A DNA stretch of 64,000 bases from a virus (IMGVR_UViG_3300046820_002180:31821-95820); one strand, 5' to 3'; counted from the stretch's first letter, positions 8,740 through 17,762 are shown. Translations and numbers: made by a program. The notes: a model not told the origin generated them from the sequence alone.

Positions 8740-10164
8740 ATGAAACATTGGATTAATAAAAATTATAAGACATTAATTATTACTGCGTTTTTAATACCAA
8801 TTATTACCGTGGCGATTGTTTCAATCTCCCACGTAACTAAATGGTACGGAATTTCAAATCCGGTAACTTGGTCGGTTTACTTATCAATTGGTATTGAAAT
8901 TGCTGCATTATCAGCATTAGCTGCTATTTCGGCTAATATGGGAAAGAAGGTTTATTTTCCTTTCTTAATCGTTACCATAATCCAATTTATCGGTAACATA
9001 TTTTTTGCATACTCATACATCGACATCAACAGTCAACCATTTAAAGATTGGGTTGGTTTAGTTTCACCACTTGTGGAATTTATGGGAGTAGAACCAACTG
9101 ATTTTGTTGGACACAAAAGATTTTTAGCATTTTTTGCTGGTGGTATGTTACCAATCATATCTTTATCATTCTTACATATGTTGGTTAAATTCACCGAAGA
9201 AGATAGACTTAAAGAAGTTAAAGAAGATGTTAAAGATACCATCGACCCAAGTGAAATTGCAAGAGTACATTTATCAGATGCAGATTTAAAAATTTTGGAG
9301 GAGGCGTTATTAAAACCACAAGAACCAAATGAAAAATTAAAAGAAGCCGCTAAAAGATATAGTGAAAAAGTTAGAGAAAACCACACACACATCCAAGATT
9401 TCGATGTTGAGGTCAAAGTTGAAAATCCGTCAATATTTCCTAAAGAGGTTGAATATGATGAGGAATATACTCGTCCCGTTTACACTAATGAATTTAAAGA
9501 ACAACAAAAGGATATTTTGGAGGAAATGATGAAGAATGACCAAGAGTTAGGTTTATATGATGAACCATTCGATAACCCAATGATTAAAGAACCTGTTGTT
9601 AGTGATGATTTTACAATTGGACCTGACGGGGCATTTGAAATGACTGAAGAATTACCTGATGATAATATTTCAGATTGGGATGTGACCCTAATGGACGGAT
9701 TGGAAGACGAAGAAATTTTCCAAGAAGAACCAACAGAAGAAGATATTCAGGAAAATTTTTCCACTATAACCCCTGAAACGGAGAATATTTTCCAACAAGA
9801 TGAATATATTCCATCATTATCTGATGAAGAAATTATGGAAATGAATCAAAATGAGTACGAGAGACTTTTAGATAGTGATGAGTTTTTAACAGACGCAATA
9901 AATGAGTTCAATCAACAATCAATTGAAGATGAGGTTGAGGAATCATTTGACATTTCGGTAAATGTGGTAAGTGATGAACCTGTTTATCAATCTGATAATA
10001 AAGAAATTGACGACATAAATAAGATAATGGAAGACGCAATGTCTTTAATTAATGTCCCTCCTTTAATTGAAGAGGTACAAGTTTCCAACGATTGGATTGA
10101 ACCAACTCCCGAAATCCCTTCTCAAGATGAAGAGGAGTTAAAAAAAAAAGTTCAGGAGAGTTAG
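8740..10164 (+). CDS. Multi-pass membrane protein with long acidic C-terminal tail; probable -1 frameshift extension to 10406
   Basis: About four N-terminal TM helices, then a Glu/Asp-rich region; ends LKKKVQES* right after an A10 run. Confidence 0.7.
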   Translation: MKHWINKNYKTLIITAFLIPIITVAIVSISHVTKWYGISNPVTWSVYLSIGIEIAALSALAAISANMGKKVYFPFLIVTIIQFIGNIFFAYSYIDINSQPFKDWVGLVSPLVEFMGVEPTDFVGHKRFLAFFAGGMLPIISLSFLHMLVKFTEEDRLKEVKEDVKDTIDPSEIARVHLSDADLKILEEALLKPQEPNEKLKEAAKRYSEKVRENHTHIQDFDVEVKVENPSIFPKEVEYDEEYTRPVYTNEFKEQQKDILEEMMKNDQELGLYDEPFDNPMIKEPVVSDDFTIGPDGAFEMTEELPDDNISDWDVTLMDGLEDEEIFQEEPTEEDIQENFSTITPETENIFQQDEYIPSLSDEEIMEMNQNEYERLLDSDEFLTDAINEFNQQSIEDEVEESFDISVNVVSDEPVYQSDNKEIDDINKIMEDAMSLINVPPLIEEVQVSNDWIEPTPEIPSQDEEELKKKVQES

Positions 10165-10406
10165 AAGAAGAGTCGGAAACCACATTTTTATCGACACCAT
10201 CCCCTACGACCTCGGAGGAATTTGATGAACTCTATTTAGAGTCGGATGAGACCAACCCTCTCCAAATAATATATGATTTAGATAACGATAGAGTAATTGT
10301 CCCAACATCAGACGATGATTCAATTATTGAAGAACAGACCCTAAATCCTGCTAGAAAAACATTCAGAAGAAATGTCGGAAATTCAAGACGTAGAAATTCT
10401 CGATAA
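10138..10406 (+). other. A10 slippery site and -1 frame extension (85 aa)
   Basis: TTA AAA AAA AAA G at 10138-10150. The -1 frame from 10149 reads SSGELEEESETTFLSTPSPTTSEEFDELYLE...RRNVGNSRRRNSR* with TAA at 10404-10406. Confidence 0.6.
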
Positions 10407-10989
10407 GAGTAAGTTAAACATTGTAAGAAAACGTAGTAAAAAAACACAAATTCTATTATACGACACCAAAAGAAGAGTGGACAATTTCATTTTGAAATTA
10501 AAACACAGGAAAAATGGTAAGTATGAAGACATCCCACACTTCATTATAACCAAAATGGGGGTAGTTTATCAGTTGTTTGATACAAAGTATAGCTCAAACA
10601 CTTTTAACGACTCTAACGTCGATAAGAAACAGATTAAGATAGCAATGGAGAATCTCGGATGGTTGAACAAAAACACCATCACGGGATTTCTTAATAATTG
10701 GATTGGTGACCCATACAGAACCGACCCTCATATAAGAAATTGGAGAAACCATTATTTTTGGGATAAGTACACCGAAGAACAAAAATCGGCACTTGTTAAC
10801 CTATGTTCAGTACTATGTGACGAACATAACATCCCCTACCATACCGTACCATCGCAGGGTTATATCGAAAACTTAACAAAATTCAAAGGAATTGTATGTA
10901 AATCCAACTTTCTGAATATTTATACAGATATAAACCCATCATTCGATTTTAGAATATTTTATAGCGATGCAAAAGAAACCAACAAATAG
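10372..10989 (+). CDS. Amidase_2-like (N-acetylmuramoyl-L-alanine amidase fold) protein with degenerate Zn ligands
   Basis: PHFIITKMGVVYQ, IAMENLG, YTEEQKSAL and DINPSFDF; the usual HHT reads YDT and the usual GH reads CK. Confidence 0.65.
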   Translation: MSEIQDVEILDKSKLNIVRKRSKKTQILLYDTKRRVDNFILKLKHRKNGKYEDIPHFIITKMGVVYQLFDTKYSSNTFNDSNVDKKQIKIAMENLGWLNKNTITGFLNNWIGDPYRTDPHIRNWRNHYFWDKYTEEQKSALVNLCSVLCDEHNIPYHTVPSQGYIENLTKFKGIVCKSNFLNIYTDINPSFDFRIFYSDAKETNK

Positions 10990-11506
10990 TTACGATGAGA
11001 TAAAAGGTATGTTGAATACTATGAGAAAATTCAACAACCCAACCTCAAATAGAAACCTTAGAGAACAAGCCGAATTAGGTACTAACCCTACCCCAACCAA
11101 TCCGCAACCACAACAAGGTGGGGGTGATGAGAAGAAGGACTTCACAATTGTGAATGGTGTCGAAGTACGTTTCAATTCTACCGATACCCAAGATTTACAA
11201 ATGAAAGATGATGAGAAGACCAAAGTTTCTGCTCTTATCGATGCGTTTCGTAATGAGGTTTCAGAAATTGCTGAACTTGGTCAAATGATGGTTTATCCTG
11301 ATAGTGTAAAATTAGAAGGTGTTATTGGTAATTTCAATATAAATTTCACATTGTCAGCCGGTGACGATAATGGTGTATACGTTTCAAATGCTTCATTATT
11401 GAAGTTAAGTGATGAGGTTATGGAGATTTTAAATAAACTCAAGAGGTTTGAAATGAAATTCACCGATGAAATGAATAACTTAATTTTAACAAGAAGACAA
11501 AACTAA
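10967..11506 (+). CDS. Hypothetical protein (possible virion/head protein)
   Basis: 179-aa ORF preceded by TATTTATA 10917-10924; contains an LRE|Q motif and a Pro/Gln linker. Confidence 0.6.
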   Translation: MQKKPTNSYDEIKGMLNTMRKFNNPTSNRNLREQAELGTNPTPTNPQPQQGGGDEKKDFTIVNGVEVRFNSTDTQDLQMKDDEKTKVSALIDAFRNEVSEIAELGQMMVYPDSVKLEGVIGNFNINFTLSAGDDNGVYVSNASLLKLSDEVMEILNKLKRFEMKFTDEMNNLILTRRQN

Positions 11507-11507
11507 T

Positions 11508-11747
11508 ATGCCACTTACAGCAGCAGACAAGGCCGAAGTAGAAAGAATTGCGAGAAAAGAGATGAAAGACTTTCTTGATACGACTCAGGCTCACAATATA
11601 GTTATCAAAGTCATCCAAAAAGAATTGGGTACCAAAAAAATTGACGATAAAATCGTCGACCTATCAACTAAGGTTGTGGTTGAATTATTCAAGACTCTAT
11701 GGCAAAGAAAGTCTTTTTGGGAATCATCATTAAAAAATGTTAGATAA
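11508..11747 (+). CDS. Hypothetical protein
   Basis: 79-aa ORF in a tight operon. Confidence 0.6.
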   Translation: MPLTAADKAEVERIARKEMKDFLDTTQAHNIVIKVIQKELGTKKIDDKIVDLSTKVVVELFKTLWQRKSFWESSLKNVR

Positions 11748-12807
11748 ATTAAAATATAGAAAACCCAACTTCAACCGAGAATGGTTAGAAGCTAACAGAT
11801 ATCCGGAATTTCAAGATATTGGGAAATCAGGATGGTTAGAACTTGCACCAAATGGAAGTGTTGTAAGATATTCAAACATTAAGGATGTTCTAGGGAATGT
11901 TAATTTAGATTTTGATTCATTAGAAAAAGATAAAAAACAGAGATTTATTGAGGATTATAAAACAGGTGTAATTGAAGTACCTATTGCCGTTAAATTTAAT
12001 GATTTTGAATATGATTTATTGGGTGGTAACACCAGATTAGCGGGATTAATTAGAATAGGTCACGACCCTAAGATTTGGGTAGTCCAAGCACCCGGTTGGG
12101 ATTATAATGATACGGAAGAGTTAAGTGAAGATTTGAGAAGATGGTTTAAAGAGAAATGGGTAGATGTTAGTAAAAAGGTAGACGGTAAACACCCACCTTG
12201 TGGTAGAAAAGATGCTGACGGTAAATCATATCCAAAATGTAGACCATCGAAAAAGGTTTCTAAAGACACCCCTAAAGTTGCGTCTTCATATGATAAAGAT
12301 GAAAAGAAAGCAATGACCCAACAAAAAAGAAGAGCTGAGAAAGAAGAACCTAAAGTTGGAAAGGGTAACAAACCTACAATGACTCACTTTGATGAAATGA
12401 CGGGAGCAGCATCAGCAGGAGCATTTTCAGCACCAATGTCTTTTACTAAAAAAGACGTTCAAGAAGCTATGGACGCAGGTATCTCAGCAGCGGCGGCTTT
12501 CGATGTACCATTGTTTGGTGCAACAACCAAAGGTGGTAGAAAGGACCCACTTAAGATTGATGGCCCTGAAAGTATTGGTAAGAGTAGAGCGGTTAAGGAT
12601 AAATCATTCCCGAAGTTCGGAGGACCTGGTGGAATTTTTATAAAAATTAAGGATAAGTGTAAAAAGTTTCCATATTGTAATCAAGGAGACATAAATGCAA
12701 TTGAAATACTGAGAGAAACTATAGAAGATACCGCAAAAAAACACGGATTACCTATCGGTGAGGTTGAAAAAATTGTATTAAAAGGAATTAAAGATATATT
12801 TATTTAG
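11737..12807 (+). CDS. Mosaic protein: ParB/Srx-like N-terminal part plus short basic modules (putative head-associated protein)
   Basis: PIAV...YDLLGGNTRLAG is ParB-like; module DLRRWFKEKWVD...PCGR...YPKCRP; modules separated by xxE motifs. Confidence 0.55.
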   Translation: MLDKLKYRKPNFNREWLEANRYPEFQDIGKSGWLELAPNGSVVRYSNIKDVLGNVNLDFDSLEKDKKQRFIEDYKTGVIEVPIAVKFNDFEYDLLGGNTRLAGLIRIGHDPKIWVVQAPGWDYNDTEELSEDLRRWFKEKWVDVSKKVDGKHPPCGRKDADGKSYPKCRPSKKVSKDTPKVASSYDKDEKKAMTQQKRRAEKEEPKVGKGNKPTMTHFDEMTGAASAGAFSAPMSFTKKDVQEAMDAGISAAAAFDVPLFGATTKGGRKDPLKIDGPESIGKSRAVKDKSFPKFGGPGGIFIKIKDKCKKFPYCNQGDINAIEILRETIEDTAKKHGLPIGEVEKIVLKGIKDIFI

Positions 12808-12808
12808 T

Positions 12809-14365
12809 ATGAAAACAACAGAAATTAGAAATATCATTGATGAGGTTTTAAACGAAGAAGTTAAAAACGCCATCACAAACGAAGGAGGAACAACTAAAAG
12901 AGTAAAATACCACGTTACTTGTGAAGGTGAACCATTAGCAACATTCGATACCCTCGATGAAGCTAAGGACTATTGTGAAAAGAATAAAGATGGTGAGCTA
13001 AAAGGTAAAAAGAAATTACTTATTGATAAAAAAACTTACGGGTCATATCAAGAGATGATAGACCATCTTGATGAAATTGCACAATCATTAGAAGAAAAAG
13101 AAAGTTCTGAAGAATCTCTTGATGAAGAAATTGCAATTGAAGAGGATTGTTGGGATGGATATAAACAAGTTGGTGGTAAAATGAAGAACGGTAAAATGGT
13201 TCCTAATTGTGTTCCGACTAATGAGGCAAGTAGTCCTGCACAACAGGCGGCAATTGCTATTAATATGAAAGAGAAAGGAATTGAACCTAAGAACGAATCC
13301 ACAGAAGAAATAAATGAAGGTGAAAACCAACCAACAAACCCATCATTATGGTCAAGAGCAAAATCTTTAGCCAAATCAAAATTTGATGTGTATCCAAGTG
13401 CTTACGCTAACGGATGGGCTGCTAAATGGTATAAATCAAAAGGCGGAGGATGGAAGAAGAAAAAGAAAACCAAGAACGAATCTACAGAATTAAAAGAAAC
13501 AGAAAATATGGAAAATCAACAACCAATGGAAGGTAATGGATACATCAAAGCAATGTTAGATGCAAAAGAAAAGGGAGAAGACACATTTGATTTTGATGGA
13601 GAAACTCACGACGTTAAAGAAGTGTATAGTCAATTAGAGGAAGAAGAAGGTATGTGTGAAGGAAGTGGATGTTCGGGCGAAATAAATGAAGGTTCAGAAA
13701 TATGTGAACAATGTGGAAATACATTAATGGAAGATGGTAGTTGTAATGAATGTTCAAAGCAAATGAATGAATCAAAAAAGAAAAAAGTAAGATTAACTGA
13801 AAAAGAATTAACCGACTTAATTGGTAAATTAGTTTTAGAATCAATACCAGGTTTAGAAGCGTTGAAAAAGTCACACGGACAAGCATCGGGACAAGATTTA
13901 AAAGATAGCACAAAAAAGATTGCCGATTATTTAAAGTTTTCAGGTAACACAAATCCTGAATTCCCTAATCAAATGGGTGTTGAAGAAGATAAAGAAGCGT
14001 ACAGAAACACTAGTGATGAAGAAGAATTTGTTGACACTTACAGAGGTAAGGGTTTACAAGATTTAGATTACGATAACAAACCTTCTAAAGAGTTTATCGA
14101 TAGATTGAGAATGGCGTTGGAAGGTGATTCTAAAATGGGTAATGGTCAAAAAGACACAGCAAACACCACACCAAGTAAAGTTGGTGAGAAAATTTTTAAA
14201 TCAATAGATAAAGAAAAGAAAACAAGAAAGGCAGAACCTATGTATAAAAAGGACCCTGCACCGACTACTGAAGTAAACGAATCTAAAAAAATGTCAAAAA
14301 GTTTAGTATCTGAAGAAATTCAGAGAATGAAAAATATGACAAACTACAATAAGAAAACTCAGTAA
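12809..14365 (+). CDS. Mosaic Glu-punctuated protein (putative internal head protein)
   Basis: Modules DCWDGYKQVGGKMKNGKMVPNCVP, PTNPSLWSRAKSLAKSKFDVYPSAYANGWAAKWYKSKGGGW and CEQC...CNEC, separated by NE|S, NE|G or EE|D. Confidence 0.6.
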   Translation: MKTTEIRNIIDEVLNEEVKNAITNEGGTTKRVKYHVTCEGEPLATFDTLDEAKDYCEKNKDGELKGKKKLLIDKKTYGSYQEMIDHLDEIAQSLEEKESSEESLDEEIAIEEDCWDGYKQVGGKMKNGKMVPNCVPTNEASSPAQQAAIAINMKEKGIEPKNESTEEINEGENQPTNPSLWSRAKSLAKSKFDVYPSAYANGWAAKWYKSKGGGWKKKKKTKNESTELKETENMENQQPMEGNGYIKAMLDAKEKGEDTFDFDGETHDVKEVYSQLEEEEGMCEGSGCSGEINEGSEICEQCGNTLMEDGSCNECSKQMNESKKKKVRLTEKELTDLIGKLVLESIPGLEALKKSHGQASGQDLKDSTKKIADYLKFSGNTNPEFPNQMGVEEDKEAYRNTSDEEEFVDTYRGKGLQDLDYDNKPSKEFIDRLRMALEGDSKMGNGQKDTANTTPSKVGEKIFKSIDKEKKTRKAEPMYKKDPAPTTEVNESKKMSKSLVSEEIQRMKNMTNYNKKTQ

Positions 14366-14415
14366 TTTACTTTTTTTTCTATTCTTTTATCTTTATATTT
14401 TAATGTAGTAAAGAT

Positions 14416-14871
14416 ATGGAGAATACAGAAGGGTATATTGAGTTTGTCACATCTGAAAGTAACAAGAATCAATTAGATATTTGGTATAAAGCTTATAATA
14501 TAACTCTGGAAAAAACAGAGTTATATTATGATTTTTTAATATCGTTATTAGATATAATTGAAGAAACTTATTTGGGTAATGATGTCTTATTATCACAACA
14601 AGACATACAGAATCACTTCACTTGGTGTTTCGATAAACTCATAACAAATTTCCAAAAAGAAAATATTATTTTTAAAGAAAGAGGTCCTCACTATGAATAC
14701 CTATGGTTATTCTTTTATGAGGCGTTCTATATCACTGATTCTGAAGGTGGTATAATAAGAATACGTGAATACTTTTATAAGTTATTCAATTTTAACTACA
14801 GAAAAACAAGGTCGGAATTAGATATGTTGACCGAGTTTTATAAAATGTTAGACCAAAACTTGAAAAAGTGA
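14416..14871 (+). CDS. Hypothetical protein
   Basis: 151-aa helical ORF preceded by TATCTTT/TATATTT 14388-14400. Confidence 0.65.
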   Translation: MENTEGYIEFVTSESNKNQLDIWYKAYNITLEKTELYYDFLISLLDIIEETYLGNDVLLSQQDIQNHFTWCFDKLITNFQKENIIFKERGPHYEYLWLFFYEAFYITDSEGGIIRIREYFYKLFNFNYRKTRSELDMLTEFYKMLDQNLKK

Positions 14872-14911
14872 ATTTTTTCCTCTATATTAGTATTAAAAAC
14901 CGAATAATAAT

Positions 14912-15100
14912 ATGGAGACTTTAAAAAAAATCAAAGACTTGGTTGAAAAAATGTCTGTTGATACCCAAAAAGTTTACGAAAAGGGTAATCGAAGTGCGTC
15001 TATTCGAGCAAGGAAATATGCACAAGAAATCAAACAATTGATTGGTGTGTATAGAAGAGAAGTTTTAGAAGAAATTAAAAAGTATGATGATAAAAATTGA
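14912..15100 (+). CDS. Histone H1-like (Hc1 family) DNA-binding protein
   Basis: GNRSASIRARK resembles the GNKAAGTRARK core of small Hc1-family proteins found in Bacteroidota. Confidence 0.7.
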   Translation: METLKKIKDLVEKMSVDTQKVYEKGNRSASIRARKYAQEIKQLIGVYRREVLEEIKKYDDKN

Positions 15101-15275
15101 GTTATTTCTCCTCGTGTTAAGTTTGGTGTTCACTTTAAAATTTGTGTTTGAGTTTATCTTAACACTTAAAGAGGATGACCCTGAACCGATGAACATTTCT
15201 AAAACAAATCAAGTGTTTTTATATTTTGCTGTGTCATATATACTAACATCGATAATAAACATTTTCATAAATTAA
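15084..15275 (+). CDS. Small two-TM membrane protein
   Basis: Two hydrophobic helices separated by KEDDPEPMNISK. Confidence 0.6.
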   Translation: MMIKIELFLLVLSLVFTLKFVFEFILTLKEDDPEPMNISKTNQVFLYFAVSYILTSIINIFIN

Positions 15276-15281
15276 AATTTA

Positions 15282-15737
15282 GTGTACGAAAATATAAAAG
15301 GATTAAGACCGTATTTCTTTTCACTACGTGAAATTGATAATAACGTTAGTTTAGATATTAAATTTCCACTAAGTTGGAAGTATGAACAAATTATATCACA
15401 ATATAAGTTGGTAAAGGCAAAGGTACAAGATAAAAATGATAAGTTTCATTTGGTATCTTTGATTTCCACAGCAACGCAAGAAGGGTATGATGTGGTTTTT
15501 GCTTGCGCAAATGAGGTTGTTGTAATTAACAAAGAGGAAGAGGAAAAACAAAGACTATTCCATTCAAAAGTAAAAGAACTACAGGCGTTATTCCAAAATC
15601 AATCATTAGATAAATTAAAAGAAATAAGCTTTATTGATACTTATGGACAAGAAGATTCAACAGGGATTAGAGTGGTTGGAGAAAGAGCAGACGAAGGACT
15701 TGAAGGAGATACAGGAGCACAAGAAGAAGATGATTAA
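15282..15737 (+). CDS. Hypothetical protein (GTG start)
   Basis: 151-aa ORF in an operon. Confidence 0.6.
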   Translation: MYENIKGLRPYFFSLREIDNNVSLDIKFPLSWKYEQIISQYKLVKAKVQDKNDKFHLVSLISTATQEGYDVVFACANEVVVINKEEEEKQRLFHSKVKELQALFQNQSLDKLKEISFIDTYGQEDSTGIRVVGERADEGLEGDTGAQEEDD

Positions 15738-15846
15738 GGAAATAACATCTTTCGATAAGTCCAAAATGTTCGAACCGAAACCAAAAAATAAAACATCGTT
15801 CTTTAAAAAAATACTAACGGTATTAGGTTATGGAAAAAAAAGGTAA
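15643..15846 (+). CDS. Small basic hypothetical protein
   Basis: ATG 15643 (MDKKIQQGLEWLEKE...) overlaps the upstream gene by 95 nt; both frames look coding. Confidence 0.5.
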   Translation: MDKKIQQGLEWLEKEQTKDLKEIQEHKKKMIKEITSFDKSKMFEPKPKNKTSFFKKILTVLGYGKKR

Positions 15847-16063
15847 TTTTTTTAATCAAATTGCGATAATATCAGACTTATTAGAAAAAATAAATTTAGA
15901 ATCGGAATCAAGAACAGTAATCTTTGAATTAAAAGAAGATGAGTTCAATAGAATATTTAACTTAAACGTAGAGAAAACAAAACAAAAAATTAGTCCTGTC
16001 ACTAATAAATTCTCAATTAAAATCGGTGATGTAGATGTTGTGTTTAGTAAGAGTAATGTCTAA
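15830..16063 (+). CDS. Hypothetical protein
   Basis: 77-aa ORF ending convergently with the minus-strand gene. Confidence 0.55.
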   Translation: MEKKGNFFNQIAIISDLLEKINLESESRTVIFELKEDEFNRIFNLNVEKTKQKISPVTNKFSIKIGDVDVVFSKSNV

Positions 16064-16682
16064 ACAGCTCGGTTCTTTTATAACCTTTAGCCACTAACAA
16101 ATCATATAACATCCTTCTTTGGTGTGTTGTAACGTCCTTAACGAAAATAAAATTATTTTTCTTTCTTTTCAACAAATCTTCACGAATAATATTAAATAAA
16201 CGAATCGAATCGTCTATATTTTTATTCCCAAACATTCTCACATCATTATCAACCTGAACAAATATTTTATTATTCAGTGTGAATACCTGTGCAACGTCAG
16301 TTACTTTTAAAACGTACTCAATCATCTCGTGATAACGAATTCTTTTTTTGTTGTCAAAGTCGTATATCAACTCCTCAATCCAATATGGGATTATCTCTTT
16401 AACTCTCTCTTTGTCGTTACTTAAAATAACTTCCTCGTTTCTACCTAATTCATCTTTAACATAGGTCTTTGTTGACCATCTAGTCTTAGGATAAATTAAC
16501 GCCAATTCATATTTGGTATTGGTTCTTTTTTTCCCCGAGTTGGTCTTTATGTACGGTGGTTTTTTCTGAGTTTTTAACTCCTGCCAAATTTCGGTGATTG
16601 TACTTCTCTTTGCAGATTTGTGTATTAGTTTTTTTCTCTTTCTATTACAAAAAAGTACTATGAAGTATTTGTAATTAATCAT
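16044..16682 (-). CDS. Basic hypothetical protein
   Basis: 212-aa ORF; TATTTATG lies on the minus strand at 16711-16718, upstream. Confidence 0.7.
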   Translation of the reverse strand: MINYKYFIVLFCNRKRKKLIHKSAKRSTITEIWQELKTQKKPPYIKTNSGKKRTNTKYELALIYPKTRWSTKTYVKDELGRNEEVILSNDKERVKEIIPYWIEELIYDFDNKKRIRYHEMIEYVLKVTDVAQVFTLNNKIFVQVDNDVRMFGNKNIDDSIRLFNIIREDLLKRKKNNFIFVKDVTTHQRRMLYDLLVAKGYKRTELFRHYSY

Positions 16683-16831
16683 AACAAGAATCTGATTAAG
16701 GACACCAACCCATAAATAGCAAGACCTCCTACTATGATTAAACCAATAAAAACCGTCTTAGCGATTTTATCAGTTTCATCATAATACTTTTTATCCTCCT
16801 CACGTATTTTTTTACATTCTGAACAAGCCAT
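16679..16831 (-). CDS. Small CxxC + TM protein (50 aa; not in ORF track)
   Basis: MACSECKKIREEDKKYYDETDKIAKTVFIGLIIVGGLAIYGLVSLIRFLL*; ATGA overlap with the next gene. Confidence 0.6.
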   Translation of the reverse strand: MACSECKKIREEDKKYYDETDKIAKTVFIGLIIVGGLAIYGLVSLIRFLL

Positions 16832-16921
16832 ATTAAAATATAACTATTTCCAAGATAAAAATCAAACCCATTTCTTTTTCTCATTTTTTTTATTTATATT
16901 TTTTTTATAACCTAAATTTTT

Positions 16922-17758
16922 ATGATATCGTATATTGGAGGAAAAGCAAGAATTGGTAAGTGGATAAAGGAATACATCCCAAAGGACATTGAAACCTATG
17001 TAGAGGGGTTTTCAGGTATGTTTTGGGTGTTTTTTAATATGGACTTAAAAGAGTACCCTAACCTTAAGACTGTCGTTTATAATGACTATAACAGGTTAAA
17101 TTATAACTTGATGAAATGGGCCAAGAACTACGATGTTCTATGGAATGCGTTGTCACAATACCCTTGTCAACAATTAGGTGTTGTTGATACTCCTGTTGAA
17201 TATGGACAAATGTTTGCTCAATATCAACAAGAGATATTCGATGAGAACTTATTCATCACAGATGAGAATAGTTTGGAGATTGCGTGTAAGTACGTTTATG
17301 TATTGGGACAAGTATTCTCAGGCTCAAAACCTGAAACCGCGTCTTATATGGATTACAAAGGAAAATATCGTTGTAAGGTATTAGTCTTTATGGATAAGTT
17401 AAAGAATCCAAAATATAGAGAACATTTCGATAAAATTACTTTTGTTGAGAATACCGATTTCCAACAAGTAGTCGAAAAATACGACTCACCAACAACATAT
17501 TTCTATATGGACCCACCATATTGGAAAACTGAAAATTACTATTCAAATCACGATTTCGATGTGAATGACCATTTGAGATTAGCAGATTGTATTAAAGGTA
17601 TACAAGGTAAATTTAGTCTATCATATTACGATTTTCCGCAATTATCAGAGTGGTTCCCAAAAGAAGATTATCGTTGGGAACAGAAAGATTTCAGTAAAGC
17701 GGCGTCCACCAAGAAAGAAAAGAACGTGGGAACTGAACTCCTAATAATGAACTATTAG
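16922..17758 (+). CDS. Dam-family (D12 class) N6-adenine DNA methyltransferase, specificity unknown
   Basis: SYIGGK, VEGFSG (motif I variant), VYND, and catalytic FYMDPPY. Confidence 0.88.
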   Translation: MISYIGGKARIGKWIKEYIPKDIETYVEGFSGMFWVFFNMDLKEYPNLKTVVYNDYNRLNYNLMKWAKNYDVLWNALSQYPCQQLGVVDTPVEYGQMFAQYQQEIFDENLFITDENSLEIACKYVYVLGQVFSGSKPETASYMDYKGKYRCKVLVFMDKLKNPKYREHFDKITFVENTDFQQVVEKYDSPTTYFYMDPPYWKTENYYSNHDFDVNDHLRLADCIKGIQGKFSLSYYDFPQLSEWFPKEDYRWEQKDFSKAASTKKEKNVGTELLIMNY

Positions 17759-17762
17759 TTCA

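Noticed and set aside
10162-10270. TAG read-through or alternative genetic code for ORF 8740
   Set aside because: The same frame after TAG gives a basic, out-of-character peptide with another TAG and then TAA. All long ORFs are intact under code 11, and the -1 frame fits better.
14921-14945. A-run slippery site in the Hc1-like gene
   Set aside because: The -1 frame reaches TGA within a few codons.
15829-15846. A8 run fusing ORF 15643 to ORF 15830
   Set aside because: It would need a +1 shift, and ORF 15830 has its own ATG; ordinary overlap is sufficient.
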